DNA of 59,324 nt from Archaeoglobus sp. JdFR-37. GTDB taxonomy: Archaea; Halobacteriota; Archaeoglobi; Archaeoglobales; Archaeoglobaceae. Of this stretch, positions 22,304-30,846 are shown in pieces; position 1 is the stretch's first letter; every line of letters starts with the position of its first letter. Position numbers and translations under genes: made by a program. The notes under the pieces were generated by a model, which was given only the letters and a program-made list of their open reading frames with translations, did not search any database and was not told the origin of the DNA. The stretch spans positions 1 to 59,324 of the forward strand of contig MTMY01000030.1 in NCBI GenBank assembly GCA_002010215.1, written 5' to 3'.

Positions 22304-23695
22304 ATGAGCAGAAAATATAACCTTGCAATTCTTGGAAGCGGATCTGCTGCGTTTGCTGCGGCTTTAAAAGCCTCTGAATATGGAGCAAAAGTTCTTCTCA
22401 CCGAATTCGACGAAATAGGCGGGACATGCGTTAACAGAGGCTGCATTCCAACAAAAAACCTCATTCACGCTTCACTCATCTACAGAAATGCTGTAAAGGG
22501 CTTTCCTGGAATAGACGCTATTGCATCCATCGACTTTGCCTCGCTGATTGCCCTGAAGGATGAGCTTGTAGCAGAGCTAAGGCATGCCAAGTACATCAGC
22601 GTTGCGGAGAGTGATGAGAACATAGACTTGATCAAGGGAAGAGCGTACTTCACATCTCCTTCAGAAATAAAGGTGAATGGCGAGAGATACCAGGCGGAGA
22701 AGTTCATAATAGCAACAGGCGCAAGGCCTGCTATTCCTCCAATAAAAGGGCTTGAAGAAGCTGGCTATCTAACATCCAGAACAATACTTCAGCTTGATGA
22801 GCTGCCAGAATCACTGATCATCATTGGCGGCGGCTACATAGCTCTCGAAATAGGCCAGCTCTTTTCCCGTTTTGGAAGCGACATCACAATAATTGAGAGA
22901 GGGCAGCGAATTCTGAGCAGGGCAGAGCCGGTCATCTCAGAACACCTGCAGAAATACATGGGGGAAGATGGAATAACTATCTATACATCTGCATCCATAT
23001 CTGAGGTCAGAAGGGGAGGAGAGGAGAAAGAGGTGGTTGTCAGGGTTGATGACCAGACATTAATGCTTAAAGCCCAGCATATCCTTGTTGCAACAGGCAG
23101 AAGGGCGAACACAGAAAACCTCGGTCTGGAAAAGGCAGGAGTGGAAACGGATGGGAGGGGCTTCATAAAGGTTGATGAAGAGCTCAAAGCCGCTGCCAAC
23201 GTCTGGGCAGCTGGAGATGTGATAGGAGAGCCGATGGCAACACCTGTTGCTGCAAAGGAGGGCATCGCTGCTGCAGAGAATGCAATAGCTGGGAAGCGTA
23301 AGACAGTGGATTACAATGCAATTCCGAGAGCAATATTCACCCATCCCGAGGTGGGAATGGTGGGGATGACTGAGGAGGAGGCTGAAAAAAGCTTCACCTG
23401 TGCATGCAGAACGCTCTTCATGAAGGATGTGCCGAAGGCGAGGGCGATAAGAGAGACGAGAGGAGTGGTAAAGATGGTCGCCGATGCCCGAACAAAAAGG
23501 ATCATCGGAGTCCACATGCTCGGCGAGAGGGCTGCTGACGTGATACACGAAGCTGCTTTAGCGATAAAACACGGGATGACTGTTGACGACATCATGGACA
23601 TGGTGCACGTCTATCCAACAATGAGCGAAGCCATCAAGATGGTGGCGCAGACTTTCTACAAAGACGTCACTAAGCTGAGCTGCTGTGCTGAATGA
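22304..23695 (+). CDS. merA: Mercuric reductase (no N-terminal NmerA domain)
   Basis: GSGSAAFAAA, GGTCVNRGCIP redox disulfide, HVYPTMSE and diagnostic C-terminal vicinal Cys pair LSCCAE. Confidence 0.93.
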   Translation: MSRKYNLAILGSGSAAFAAALKASEYGAKVLLTEFDEIGGTCVNRGCIPTKNLIHASLIYRNAVKGFPGIDAIASIDFASLIALKDELVAELRHAKYISVAESDENIDLIKGRAYFTSPSEIKVNGERYQAEKFIIATGARPAIPPIKGLEEAGYLTSRTILQLDELPESLIIIGGGYIALEIGQLFSRFGSDITIIERGQRILSRAEPVISEHLQKYMGEDGITIYTSASISEVRRGGEEKEVVVRVDDQTLMLKAQHILVATGRRANTENLGLEKAGVETDGRGFIKVDEELKAAANVWAAGDVIGEPMATPVAAKEGIAAAENAIAGKRKTVDYNAIPRAIFTHPEVGMVGMTEEEAEKSFTCACRTLFMKDVPKARAIRETRGVVKMVADARTKRIIGVHMLGERAADVIHEAALAIKHGMTVDDIMDMVHVYPTMSEAIKMVAQTFYKDVTKLSCCAE

Positions 23696-23746
23696 TTGTC
23701 AGCGCTGAGCAACAACTTTTTATACATCAAGTGTAAAAGAAAAGAC

Positions 23747-23812
23747 ATGAAAGTTGTGAAGGTAAGTAGAGTTAAAAAAGGAGTATGCAAATGTCACATC
23801 TCATGTAACTAA
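23747..23812 (+). CDS. Putative 21-aa Cys/His-rich micropeptide MKVVKVSRVKKGVCKCHISCN
   Basis: ATG 23747 to TAA 23812, read by hand; TATA-like TTTTTATA about 23-30 nt upstream, consistent with a leaderless transcript. Confidence 0.4.
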   Translation: MKVVKVSRVKKGVCKCHISCN

Positions 23813-23841
23813 ACCCAAAACTTTTTTAATTTTTACAAGAG

Positions 23842-24246
23842 GTGAAAAACATGAATTCCCGCACCATCACGGCTATTGCTATAGGGGTTGTTATAATTTT
23901 CATTGCCTATAATAGTTACGTGCTTTTTCCGAAAGAAAAGGCCTATGAAAGTGTCTCACCTCAGGAGTTTTATAAACTGATGCAGAGAGACGATGTTTTT
24001 GTGATAGATGTTCATGTACCGGAGCAGAAACATCTGACTGGAACTGATGTCTGGATACCATACGACAGAATAGAAGAAATGCAGGATGTTCTACCAAAAG
24101 ATAAAGACACCATCATTCTTGTTTACTGCAGAAGTGGACATATGAGCAAGATTGCTGCTTCAAAACTTGCTCAGATGGGCTATAAAATTATATATGACCT
24201 TGATGGAGGAATAATTGCATGGCAGAAAGCAGGATTACCTATCTAA
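23842..24246 (+). CDS. Membrane-anchored rhodanese-domain protein
   Basis: N-terminal TM helix; VYCRSG active-site loop; LDGGIIAW. Confidence 0.88.
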   Translation: MKNMNSRTITAIAIGVVIIFIAYNSYVLFPKEKAYESVSPQEFYKLMQRDDVFVIDVHVPEQKHLTGTDVWIPYDRIEEMQDVLPKDKDTIILVYCRSGHMSKIAASKLAQMGYKIIYDLDGGIIAWQKAGLPI

Positions 24247-25091
24247 TTGCTTTAATTCTGATTGCAACAGGAGCTTTTCTGGTCATTTACTCAAAACCTG
24301 CCGACACAGATAACGAGTCACCTATAAAATTCTACAGCTATGAGGAAGGACTTAGGCTGGCAAAAGAACAGGGGAAGCTTGCTGTGCTCGTCGTTCACTC
24401 TGACACCTGTTATGTTTGCAGAATTTTCATGGAAGACCTTGCAAAGTATCCTGATTTACAGCAGGCGTTCTCCAATTTTATACCCATAAAGATCGATTTC
24501 AACAAAGATAGGACAATTGCTGCCAAATATGGTGTTACCGGTACGCCCGAGTTCCACATATTGGATGCGAACGGGAATGTGATTGAGCTACAGGGCCAGA
24601 AAATGGTTTATCTTGGCTATTCTACTGTCCCAGATAATCCAAATGCAAGAAAGAACCTTATTGCCTTCCTCAATTATGCTCTAAAATATACTGGATATGC
24701 TGATTCCACCGAACTCAAAGTTCTGAGTATTGTTAAGGGAGACGAAGCAGTAAAACAGGTTAAAGGAATACATATGGGTAGTTTTGAGATAGTGGATGCA
24801 GAGATACGAGAGTATCAAAGTATCGGAAAAATCAAGGTTTGGATTGCTTACGCTGAAACTCCTGAACTTGCAGGACAATATGTACAGATGATGGCTGGGA
24901 AAGTTTCACAATACTTCTCCGAACCCGAAAACGTTGAAAAACCATTCAAAGCCTACAGGGTTTACGGAATGGGCAAAACACACTACTTTTTCTCTATGGA
25001 CAATGCCGTGATATGGGTGGAATTTGAAAACCCGGACAAAGCATACCATGAAAAAATTCTGGAGAAGTTATTTATCCAAAAGGGGGTATAG
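24219..25091 (+). CDS. Exported thioredoxin-fold protein with an additional C-terminal domain
   Basis: Signal/TM anchor; CYVC motif and GTP cis-Pro loop; second domain of unknown function. Confidence 0.75.
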   Translation: MAESRITYLIALILIATGAFLVIYSKPADTDNESPIKFYSYEEGLRLAKEQGKLAVLVVHSDTCYVCRIFMEDLAKYPDLQQAFSNFIPIKIDFNKDRTIAAKYGVTGTPEFHILDANGNVIELQGQKMVYLGYSTVPDNPNARKNLIAFLNYALKYTGYADSTELKVLSIVKGDEAVKQVKGIHMGSFEIVDAEIREYQSIGKIKVWIAYAETPELAGQYVQMMAGKVSQYFSEPENVEKPFKAYRVYGMGKTHYFFSMDNAVIWVEFENPDKAYHEKILEKLFIQKGV

Positions 25092-25099
25092 CCTACATC

Positions 25100-25948
25100 A
25101 TGGATCTCACCGCTGCACATACTTTCAATTCAAAAACCTCTGAGAAACTCCACAAACTAAAAGAATTCATAAAAACCTTCGACAGTGTCATCATAGCCTT
25201 CAGCGGCGGTGTTGATAGCTCGACGCTGGCAGCAGTAAGCTATGAAGTCCTCAAAGACAGAACCCTCGCCATAACAGCCCTCTCACCAACAACGCCCAGC
25301 AGGGAGATTGAGGAGGCGAAGCGCATAGCTCAGGAAATCGGAATTAGGCATGAATTCATCGAAATAAACGAGCTGGAAAGCGACGGCTTTGTGGAGAACA
25401 GTCCTGAGAGGTGCTACTTCTGCAAGAAGCACCTCCTTTCTGCAATGGTGAAGTATGCGAAGCAGAATGGTTACTCAGCAGTTTTCGAAGGCACAAATGC
25501 AAGCGAGCTGAAAGGCCACAGACCAGGCTACAAAGCCATCAAGGAGTTTAACATAGTCCACAGCCCCTGGGCAGAGTTCGGCTTTACAAAAGAGGAGATA
25601 AGGGAAGTGGCAAAGACCATGGGCTTTTCCTTCTACAACAAGCCGTCCCTTGCATGCTTAGCTTCCCGCATCCCCTTCGGCATAAAAATAGATGAGAGCA
25701 GGCTGAGGATGGTTGATGAGGCTGAAAATGCCATCATAGAAATAGCCAAAGTCAGGCAGGTGAGGGTCAGAAACTTCAACGGCATGGCAATCATAGAAGT
25801 TGATAGGGATGAGAGGCAGAAGTTTTTCAGCCAAGAAGTTATGGATGAGATAGCAGAAAGATTGAAAAAGATCGGCTTCAGCTACGTCTTGCTGGACATA
25901 GAGGGATACAGAACCGGGAAGCTGTCGGGGTTTGGTAGGTTTGGCTAG
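25100..25948 (+). CDS. larE: LarE-family ATP-dependent sulfur transferase (PP-loop)
   Basis: AFSGGVDS PP-loop, RCYFCK, HRPG, ACLASRIP, VRVR, GYRTG motifs. Confidence 0.88.
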   Translation: MDLTAAHTFNSKTSEKLHKLKEFIKTFDSVIIAFSGGVDSSTLAAVSYEVLKDRTLAITALSPTTPSREIEEAKRIAQEIGIRHEFIEINELESDGFVENSPERCYFCKKHLLSAMVKYAKQNGYSAVFEGTNASELKGHRPGYKAIKEFNIVHSPWAEFGFTKEEIREVAKTMGFSFYNKPSLACLASRIPFGIKIDESRLRMVDEAENAIIEIAKVRQVRVRNFNGMAIIEVDRDERQKFFSQEVMDEIAERLKKIGFSYVLLDIEGYRTGKLSGFGRFG

Positions 25949-26061
25949 GGCTTTAATTGGGTAAAGTGAGTGGACAGATAAAAAAGTGTATTTAAAGAAT
26001 TAAAAGAATATACGGGGATAATCGAATCTTACTAAGCCCCCCTCAACCTATAAGACCTTCA

Positions 26062-26337
26062 TTAACGCTTCTTTATAACAACTCTCCACAGATTATCCCC
26101 AATCTCCTCAATACTCAGTACTTCATGGCCTTCAGTCTTCACACTTCTTGGAACGTCCTCTACAGCTGGCTGATGATCAAAGATTACCTCCAGAACCTCA
26201 CCACTATCTATTTCTTCCAGCTTCAGCTTGGTCTTAACGAAGGTAAAGGGGCACACCTCTCCTCTGAGGTCTAGGGTATGGGTGGGCCTATCGCTATTCT
26301 TGTTATTCCTATTGTTGTCAATATTAGCAGCAGTCAT
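26062..26337 (-). CDS. TusA-family sulfur carrier
   Basis: LDLRGEVCPFT motif; ATG 26337 preferred. Confidence 0.9.
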   Translation of the reverse strand: MTAANIDNNRNNKNSDRPTHTLDLRGEVCPFTFVKTKLKLEEIDSGEVLEVIFDHQPAVEDVPRSVKTEGHEVLSIEEIGDNLWRVVIKKR

Positions 26338-26360
26338 AATGCTCTCAGTATTGCCGTTAT

Positions 26361-27152
26361 TCAAAGCTGACAGCTCTCCACGTATTTCTCCGGAATTATC
26401 TCCGTGACTCTCCCGCTGCACACTGGGCAATTCTCATCCCTCCTGATTTTCAGTTCGGTAAAGTCCATGGTGAGTAGATCAACATGAAGCATTCTGTTTG
26501 CCAGAGTTTCTCCAATCCCGAGAATAATTTTTACGGCCTCAGCAGCTTGCAAGGTTCCCAGCACTCCTGTGGTGACGCCGAGGACGCCGGCTTCCTGACA
26601 GCTCGGCACGCTTCCCGGCGGAGGAGCGTGTCTGAAGACACAGCGATAGCAGGCAGTTTCTGGTGGAATGATAGTCATCATCTCTCCCTCAAATCGCAGC
26701 ACTGCAGCGTGCACAAAGGGCTTTCTTTCTATAACACAGGCATCATTGATGAGAAATCGAGCAACAAAGTTATCTGTGCAGTCCAGAATCACGTCATACT
26801 CTCTTATAACCTCACGGATGTTCTCAGCGCTCAGATGGTAGGGGTATGTGACTACTTCAACGTCTGGATTGAGCTTCTCAACGAAGAGCTTTGCAGATTC
26901 TGCCTTGTTAATACCCAGATTGCCTGCGTGGATCGTCTGCCTTTGAAGATTTGATATATCAACATTATCGCCATCTGCTATCCCCAGTTTCCCGACTCCA
27001 GCAGCAGCTAAAAACTGAATGGCTGGGCTTCCAAGGCCGCCAGCTCCCACTACCAGCACTTTCGCCTCTAGAAGCTTTTTCTGTCCTACTCCACCAACTT
27101 CCGGCAGTATTATCTGTCTGGCGTATCTCTTGATCTGCTCCTCAGTGAACAT
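26361..27152 (-). CDS. ThiF/MoeB/UbaA-family E1-like adenylyltransferase
   Basis: RYARQIILPEVG, GAGGLG, SNLQRQ, CYRC, SCQEAGVLG, CPVC. Confidence 0.95.
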   Translation of the reverse strand: MFTEEQIKRYARQIILPEVGGVGQKKLLEAKVLVVGAGGLGSPAIQFLAAAGVGKLGIADGDNVDISNLQRQTIHAGNLGINKAESAKLFVEKLNPDVEVVTYPYHLSAENIREVIREYDVILDCTDNFVARFLINDACVIERKPFVHAAVLRFEGEMMTIIPPETACYRCVFRHAPPPGSVPSCQEAGVLGVTTGVLGTLQAAEAVKIILGIGETLANRMLHVDLLTMDFTELKIRRDENCPVCSGRVTEIIPEKYVESCQL

Positions 27153-27154
27153 GT

Positions 27155-27427
27155 TCAGCCTCCTGATATGGCGGGGATGAATGTGACTTCATCCCCATCT
27201 TTGAGCTGCGTTTCCAGCCCATCAAGATATCTTATGTCCTCACCATTTACAAATATATTGATGAAGGGTGTTAGCTCACCATCCTTTATCAACCTTGCCT
27301 CCAGTTCACTGTACTTCTCAAACAATATGTCCAGAAGCTCTTTTACCGTTTTGCCGTCAGCATCTACCTCTATTTTCCTCTCCTTGGTAATGGATACAAA
27401 AACTGATGGAAATTTTACACGTATCAC
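27155..27427 (-). CDS. Ubiquitin-like sulfur carrier (SAMP1/CysO/MoaD family)
   Basis: Beta-grasp pattern NIFVNGEDIR...LKDGDEVTFIPAISGG with free C-terminal Gly-Gly. Confidence 0.93.
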   Translation of the reverse strand: MIRVKFPSVFVSITKERKIEVDADGKTVKELLDILFEKYSELEARLIKDGELTPFINIFVNGEDIRYLDGLETQLKDGDEVTFIPAISGG

Positions 27428-27471
27428 GCCATCACCTCACTTCAACCTCACTTACTTTCTACGCTATTTTC

Positions 27472-28689
27472 TTAGGCTATTACTTTCTCGAACTCCTCAA
27501 GTCTTGGCTTTATTTTGACAGTTCCGGGCAGATGATCAACTATGCCCTCTGTTGTTTTCAACCCATTACCTGTCAGATATGCAACAACCACATCGCTGCT
27601 GTCGATTCTACCGTCTTCTACAAGTCTCTTCAATGCTGCAATTGTTACGCCTCCAGCAAGTTCTGTGAAAATCCCTTCAGTCTTTGCAAGCAATTTTACA
27701 GCTTCGATGCTCTCTTCATCTACTGGATCCTCTGCAAAGCCACTACTTTTTTCAATAATTTCTTTGGCGAAAATTCCATCTGCAGGATTACCTATTGCAA
27801 GACTGTGGACAATTGTTTCCAACCTCCTAACTGGCTCTATTCCTTTACCATACTTTACAGCCTTGGATATGGGCAGACCGTAGGGTTGTGCACCGTTAAA
27901 CACAACATCATTCTCCTCTATCAGGTCAACTCTTTCCAAATCCTCGAAGCCTCTGTGTATTGCACAGAGCAACGCACCTGAGGCCATGGGGACAATAACT
28001 TGATCAGGGGTCGCCCAGCCTAGATGCTCGACAGTTTCATAGGCAAGCGTTTTGCTACCTTCAGCATAGTAAGGCCGGAGATTTATGTTGACAAAGCCCC
28101 AGTCTGGGTTCTCTTCGGCAATCTCTGTGGCGAGTCTGTTGGCATCATCATATGTGCCCTCTACCTCGATTATCTTGGCTCCGTGTACCAGTGCTTGAAC
28201 TATCTTGTTCCTCTCAATTCCCTCTGGGACGAAGATGTAGGCTGGCAGCTTAGCTTTTGCTGCGTGGGCTGCAAGGCTTCCGGCAAGATTGCCGGTTGAA
28301 GCGCAACCAACTGCCTTCATCCCGAATTCAACGGCCTTTGTAACGGCAACACTCACAACCCTGTCCTTAAAGGAATATGTGGGGTTGGTGGAGTCGTCTA
28401 TTAAGTAAAGGTTCTTAAGCCCAAGCTCTTCTCCCAGATTCTCAGCTTTGATGAACCTTGTGAATCCCGCTCCTAGGTCAATGGGTTCAACGTTTTCAAC
28501 CGGTAAGAAGTCTGCGTATCTCCAGATGCTTCTTGGCCCGTTCTCAATCTTCTCCCTGCTGACGTTTTCCGCTATAAAATCCCAGTTGTAAAGGACTTCG
28601 AGTGGACCGAAACAATTATCGCAAGTGTATACGGGCTCCGCAGGGAACTCCTTACCACAAATTCTGCACTTCAAACCTGCAATCTTCAT
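27472..28689 (-). CDS. Threonine synthase-like PLP enzyme (fold type II)
   Basis: N-terminal CRIC/CDNC Zn ribbon, NPTYSFKDR PLP lysine, ASTGN, EGSKT, TGNGLK. The exact reaction is uncertain given its context. Confidence 0.85.
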   Translation of the reverse strand: MKIAGLKCRICGKEFPAEPVYTCDNCFGPLEVLYNWDFIAENVSREKIENGPRSIWRYADFLPVENVEPIDLGAGFTRFIKAENLGEELGLKNLYLIDDSTNPTYSFKDRVVSVAVTKAVEFGMKAVGCASTGNLAGSLAAHAAKAKLPAYIFVPEGIERNKIVQALVHGAKIIEVEGTYDDANRLATEIAEENPDWGFVNINLRPYYAEGSKTLAYETVEHLGWATPDQVIVPMASGALLCAIHRGFEDLERVDLIEENDVVFNGAQPYGLPISKAVKYGKGIEPVRRLETIVHSLAIGNPADGIFAKEIIEKSSGFAEDPVDEESIEAVKLLAKTEGIFTELAGGVTIAALKRLVEDGRIDSSDVVVAYLTGNGLKTTEGIVDHLPGTVKIKPRLEEFEKVIA

Positions 28690-28772
28690 GGAGCAGAATG
28701 ACAGCTTATGACTATATATAATTTTCCCCTGACGGATTATTACTTATTGTAATCAAGGTAAAAGAAGAAAGT

Positions 28773-29153
28773 TCAGATGAATATTACTTTTTCGGTGTTC
28801 ATCAGAAACTCTCCCAGTCCGGCAATCCTGTCAACCCATTCCGGCAAATCTGAAAGCTCGTACCTGAATATTTCCATGCTGCCGCTGCACGCTATTATCT
28901 CCATATTTCCGAAGGCCTTACCAAGTTCAACGATTTCAGTCAGTTCTTTTATCTTTCCCTCTTCCATGGCTTTTTTGAACACCTCATTCTTCTTTTCGTC
29001 CCCGCAATTCATTTTCCCGTTTGCCAGGCTTTCTATGCTCCAGTAGGTCAGAAAAACAGTTACTTTAGTCTCCAAGGCAGAGTACATGGACGCTAGGCTG
29101 AAAGCGTGATAGATCCTATCCCACTCACCGCTGTGAAGGATTATTCCGATCAT
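28773..29153 (-). CDS. DsrE/DsrF-like (DsrE2/peroxiredoxin-like) sulfur relay protein
   Basis: VFLTYW, IIACSGSM conserved Cys, terminal VIFI. Confidence 0.8.
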   Translation of the reverse strand: MIGIILHSGEWDRIYHAFSLASMYSALETKVTVFLTYWSIESLANGKMNCGDEKKNEVFKKAMEEGKIKELTEIVELGKAFGNMEIIACSGSMEIFRYELSDLPEWVDRIAGLGEFLMNTEKVIFI

Positions 29154-29165
29154 TACCCACACCCA

Positions 29166-29411
29166 TCACTTTTTTAGGATTATTATGAAGCGGTTTTTGT
29201 GCTGGCAGTATGCATATACTTTATCCCTGAACTCTGCACCTATGTTCTCAGCCGACTTCTTTGAGGTAAGTATTACTTTGATTAATTCCCCCTCTTTTGC
29301 CTTATTCAGGGCAGCTTTGGTTTTTAGGGTGGGAACAGGGCACACTTCTCCACTTAGATCAAGAGTTTGGCTGACATCAAGCTTTTCAATTTGCTCTAAG
29401 CTCAATTTCAT
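29166..29411 (-). CDS. TusA-family sulfur carrier
   Basis: LDLSGEVCPVP motif; ATG 29411 overlaps the sat 3' end. Confidence 0.85.
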   Translation of the reverse strand: MKLSLEQIEKLDVSQTLDLSGEVCPVPTLKTKAALNKAKEGELIKVILTSKKSAENIGAEFRDKVYAYCQHKNRFIIILKK

Positions 29412-30546
29412 ACTCTTCCTCCACGAAAGGCTTCTCGAATTTTGAGATAACATCTATAACTTCTTTTCGGAGCATCTCACATGGCATTGCCTCACTATTC
29501 TGGATGCAACTCCTCACACATGTTCCACTGAATTTAACACCATTGTGGGGGCATATTGAAACGCTGATAACTCCACCACAAATCTGGCAGCAATGAAAAT
29601 CTTTGAAGAAAAGGGGTCGTATCTCCAGTTCTGACTCATATTCTTTAAAGATTTCATGGGCTTCATAGGGCTTGTAGTAGCTCCCAACGCCAGCATGGTC
29701 TCTGCCGACGATGAAATGGGTGCAGCCGAAGTTCTGTCTGACAATAGCATGAAGAATCGCTTCTTTAGGTCCGGCGTAACGCATTTCAGTCTTCCATATC
29801 CCCAGAAACACTCTGTTCGGCCTGTAATAGTTATCAATCACGACTTTGTATGCTTCCAGTATTACTTCATCTCTGAAATCACCTTTCTTTTTCCTACCTA
29901 TTACTGGATTGATGAACAGTCCAACTTCTCCACCTGTAACAGCTTCAACCGCTAGCATCGCAGATTTCTGTACGAATTCATGACCGAGATGAGGAGCATT
30001 TCTTGTCTGAAATCCAACTACATAGTCCCATTTTCTGAAAATCTCTCTCGTCTCTTCAGGCTTCAAATCGTATTCCTGAAATCTCTTGTCCACGCTTTCG
30101 ATAAACGTTATTTTCCCACCAGCAAGCTTATCTTTCAGCATGAAAACCTTCCTGACACCGGGGTGTTGGATGTCTTCTGTTCCAAAGACTTGTCGAGCAT
30201 ACTCCTTTTTGTTGTAACGGTACAGTTCTTCGATCTCCATTACCGCAATACCTATACTTCTGTGTGTGAGGAGGACTTCTTCCCCCTCTCTGACTCCGTC
30301 ATCAACATCCAGAACAATAGGTATTGTCCAGGGCAAATCATTTGCGAGCCTACCCCGCCATATGACACTCTCGAAATCATCGCAACTCATGAAGCCCTCT
30401 AGGGGGCTGTAAATGCCAAATCCTATGTTCTCAATATCAAGGGCGGTATCCCTGGATATCTCAATCGTAGGAAGCTCTTTTGCCTCTTCCTTCAGCCTCT
30501 CATCAGCAACCCTCTTAATCAGCTTTCCACCGTGGGGCTTAATCAT
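29386..30546 (-). CDS. sat: Sulfate adenylyltransferase (ATP sulfurylase)
   Basis: PHGGKL, YSPLEGFM, FQTRNAPHLGHE, MRYAGPKEA, GRDHAGVG, C-terminal Zn site CQIC...CPH. Confidence 0.96.
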   Translation of the reverse strand: MIKPHGGKLIKRVADERLKEEAKELPTIEISRDTALDIENIGFGIYSPLEGFMSCDDFESVIWRGRLANDLPWTIPIVLDVDDGVREGEEVLLTHRSIGIAVMEIEELYRYNKKEYARQVFGTEDIQHPGVRKVFMLKDKLAGGKITFIESVDKRFQEYDLKPEETREIFRKWDYVVGFQTRNAPHLGHEFVQKSAMLAVEAVTGGEVGLFINPVIGRKKKGDFRDEVILEAYKVVIDNYYRPNRVFLGIWKTEMRYAGPKEAILHAIVRQNFGCTHFIVGRDHAGVGSYYKPYEAHEIFKEYESELEIRPLFFKDFHCCQICGGVISVSICPHNGVKFSGTCVRSCIQNSEAMPCEMLRKEVIDVISKFEKPFVEEEYEIELRAN

Positions 30547-30552
30547 AATCCA

Positions 30553-30846
30553 TCATCTCCTCACTTCGAAGGAATATTCAGCCTCAAGCTCTCCTGCTCT
30601 GAAAACCTGAAACACCACTCTATTTCCTTCATGATAAGAAAGCATTTCGTAACGCTGATCAGCTATGTGGGGTGGTAGGCGAAGCTTTATGGCTTTAACG
30701 GGACATTCTTTCACACATGCCAGGCAGTGCCAGCACTTATCAGGGTCCTCAATCGTGGGATGGTCTGTAAAGCCAATCACACTGCACGGGCAGATTTTCT
30801 CGCATTTACCGCAGTTAATGCATGCTTCGTAATCTATTATGATCAA
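30553..30846 (-). CDS. AprB-like 2[4Fe-4S] ferredoxin subunit
   Basis: CINCGKCEKICP and CWHCLACVKECPVKAI (AprB-like CW-C-CVK-CP); translationally coupled to the AprA-like gene. Confidence 0.85.
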   Translation of the reverse strand: MIIIDYEACINCGKCEKICPCSVIGFTDHPTIEDPDKCWHCLACVKECPVKAIKLRLPPHIADQRYEMLSYHEGNRVVFQVFRAGELEAEYSFEVRR

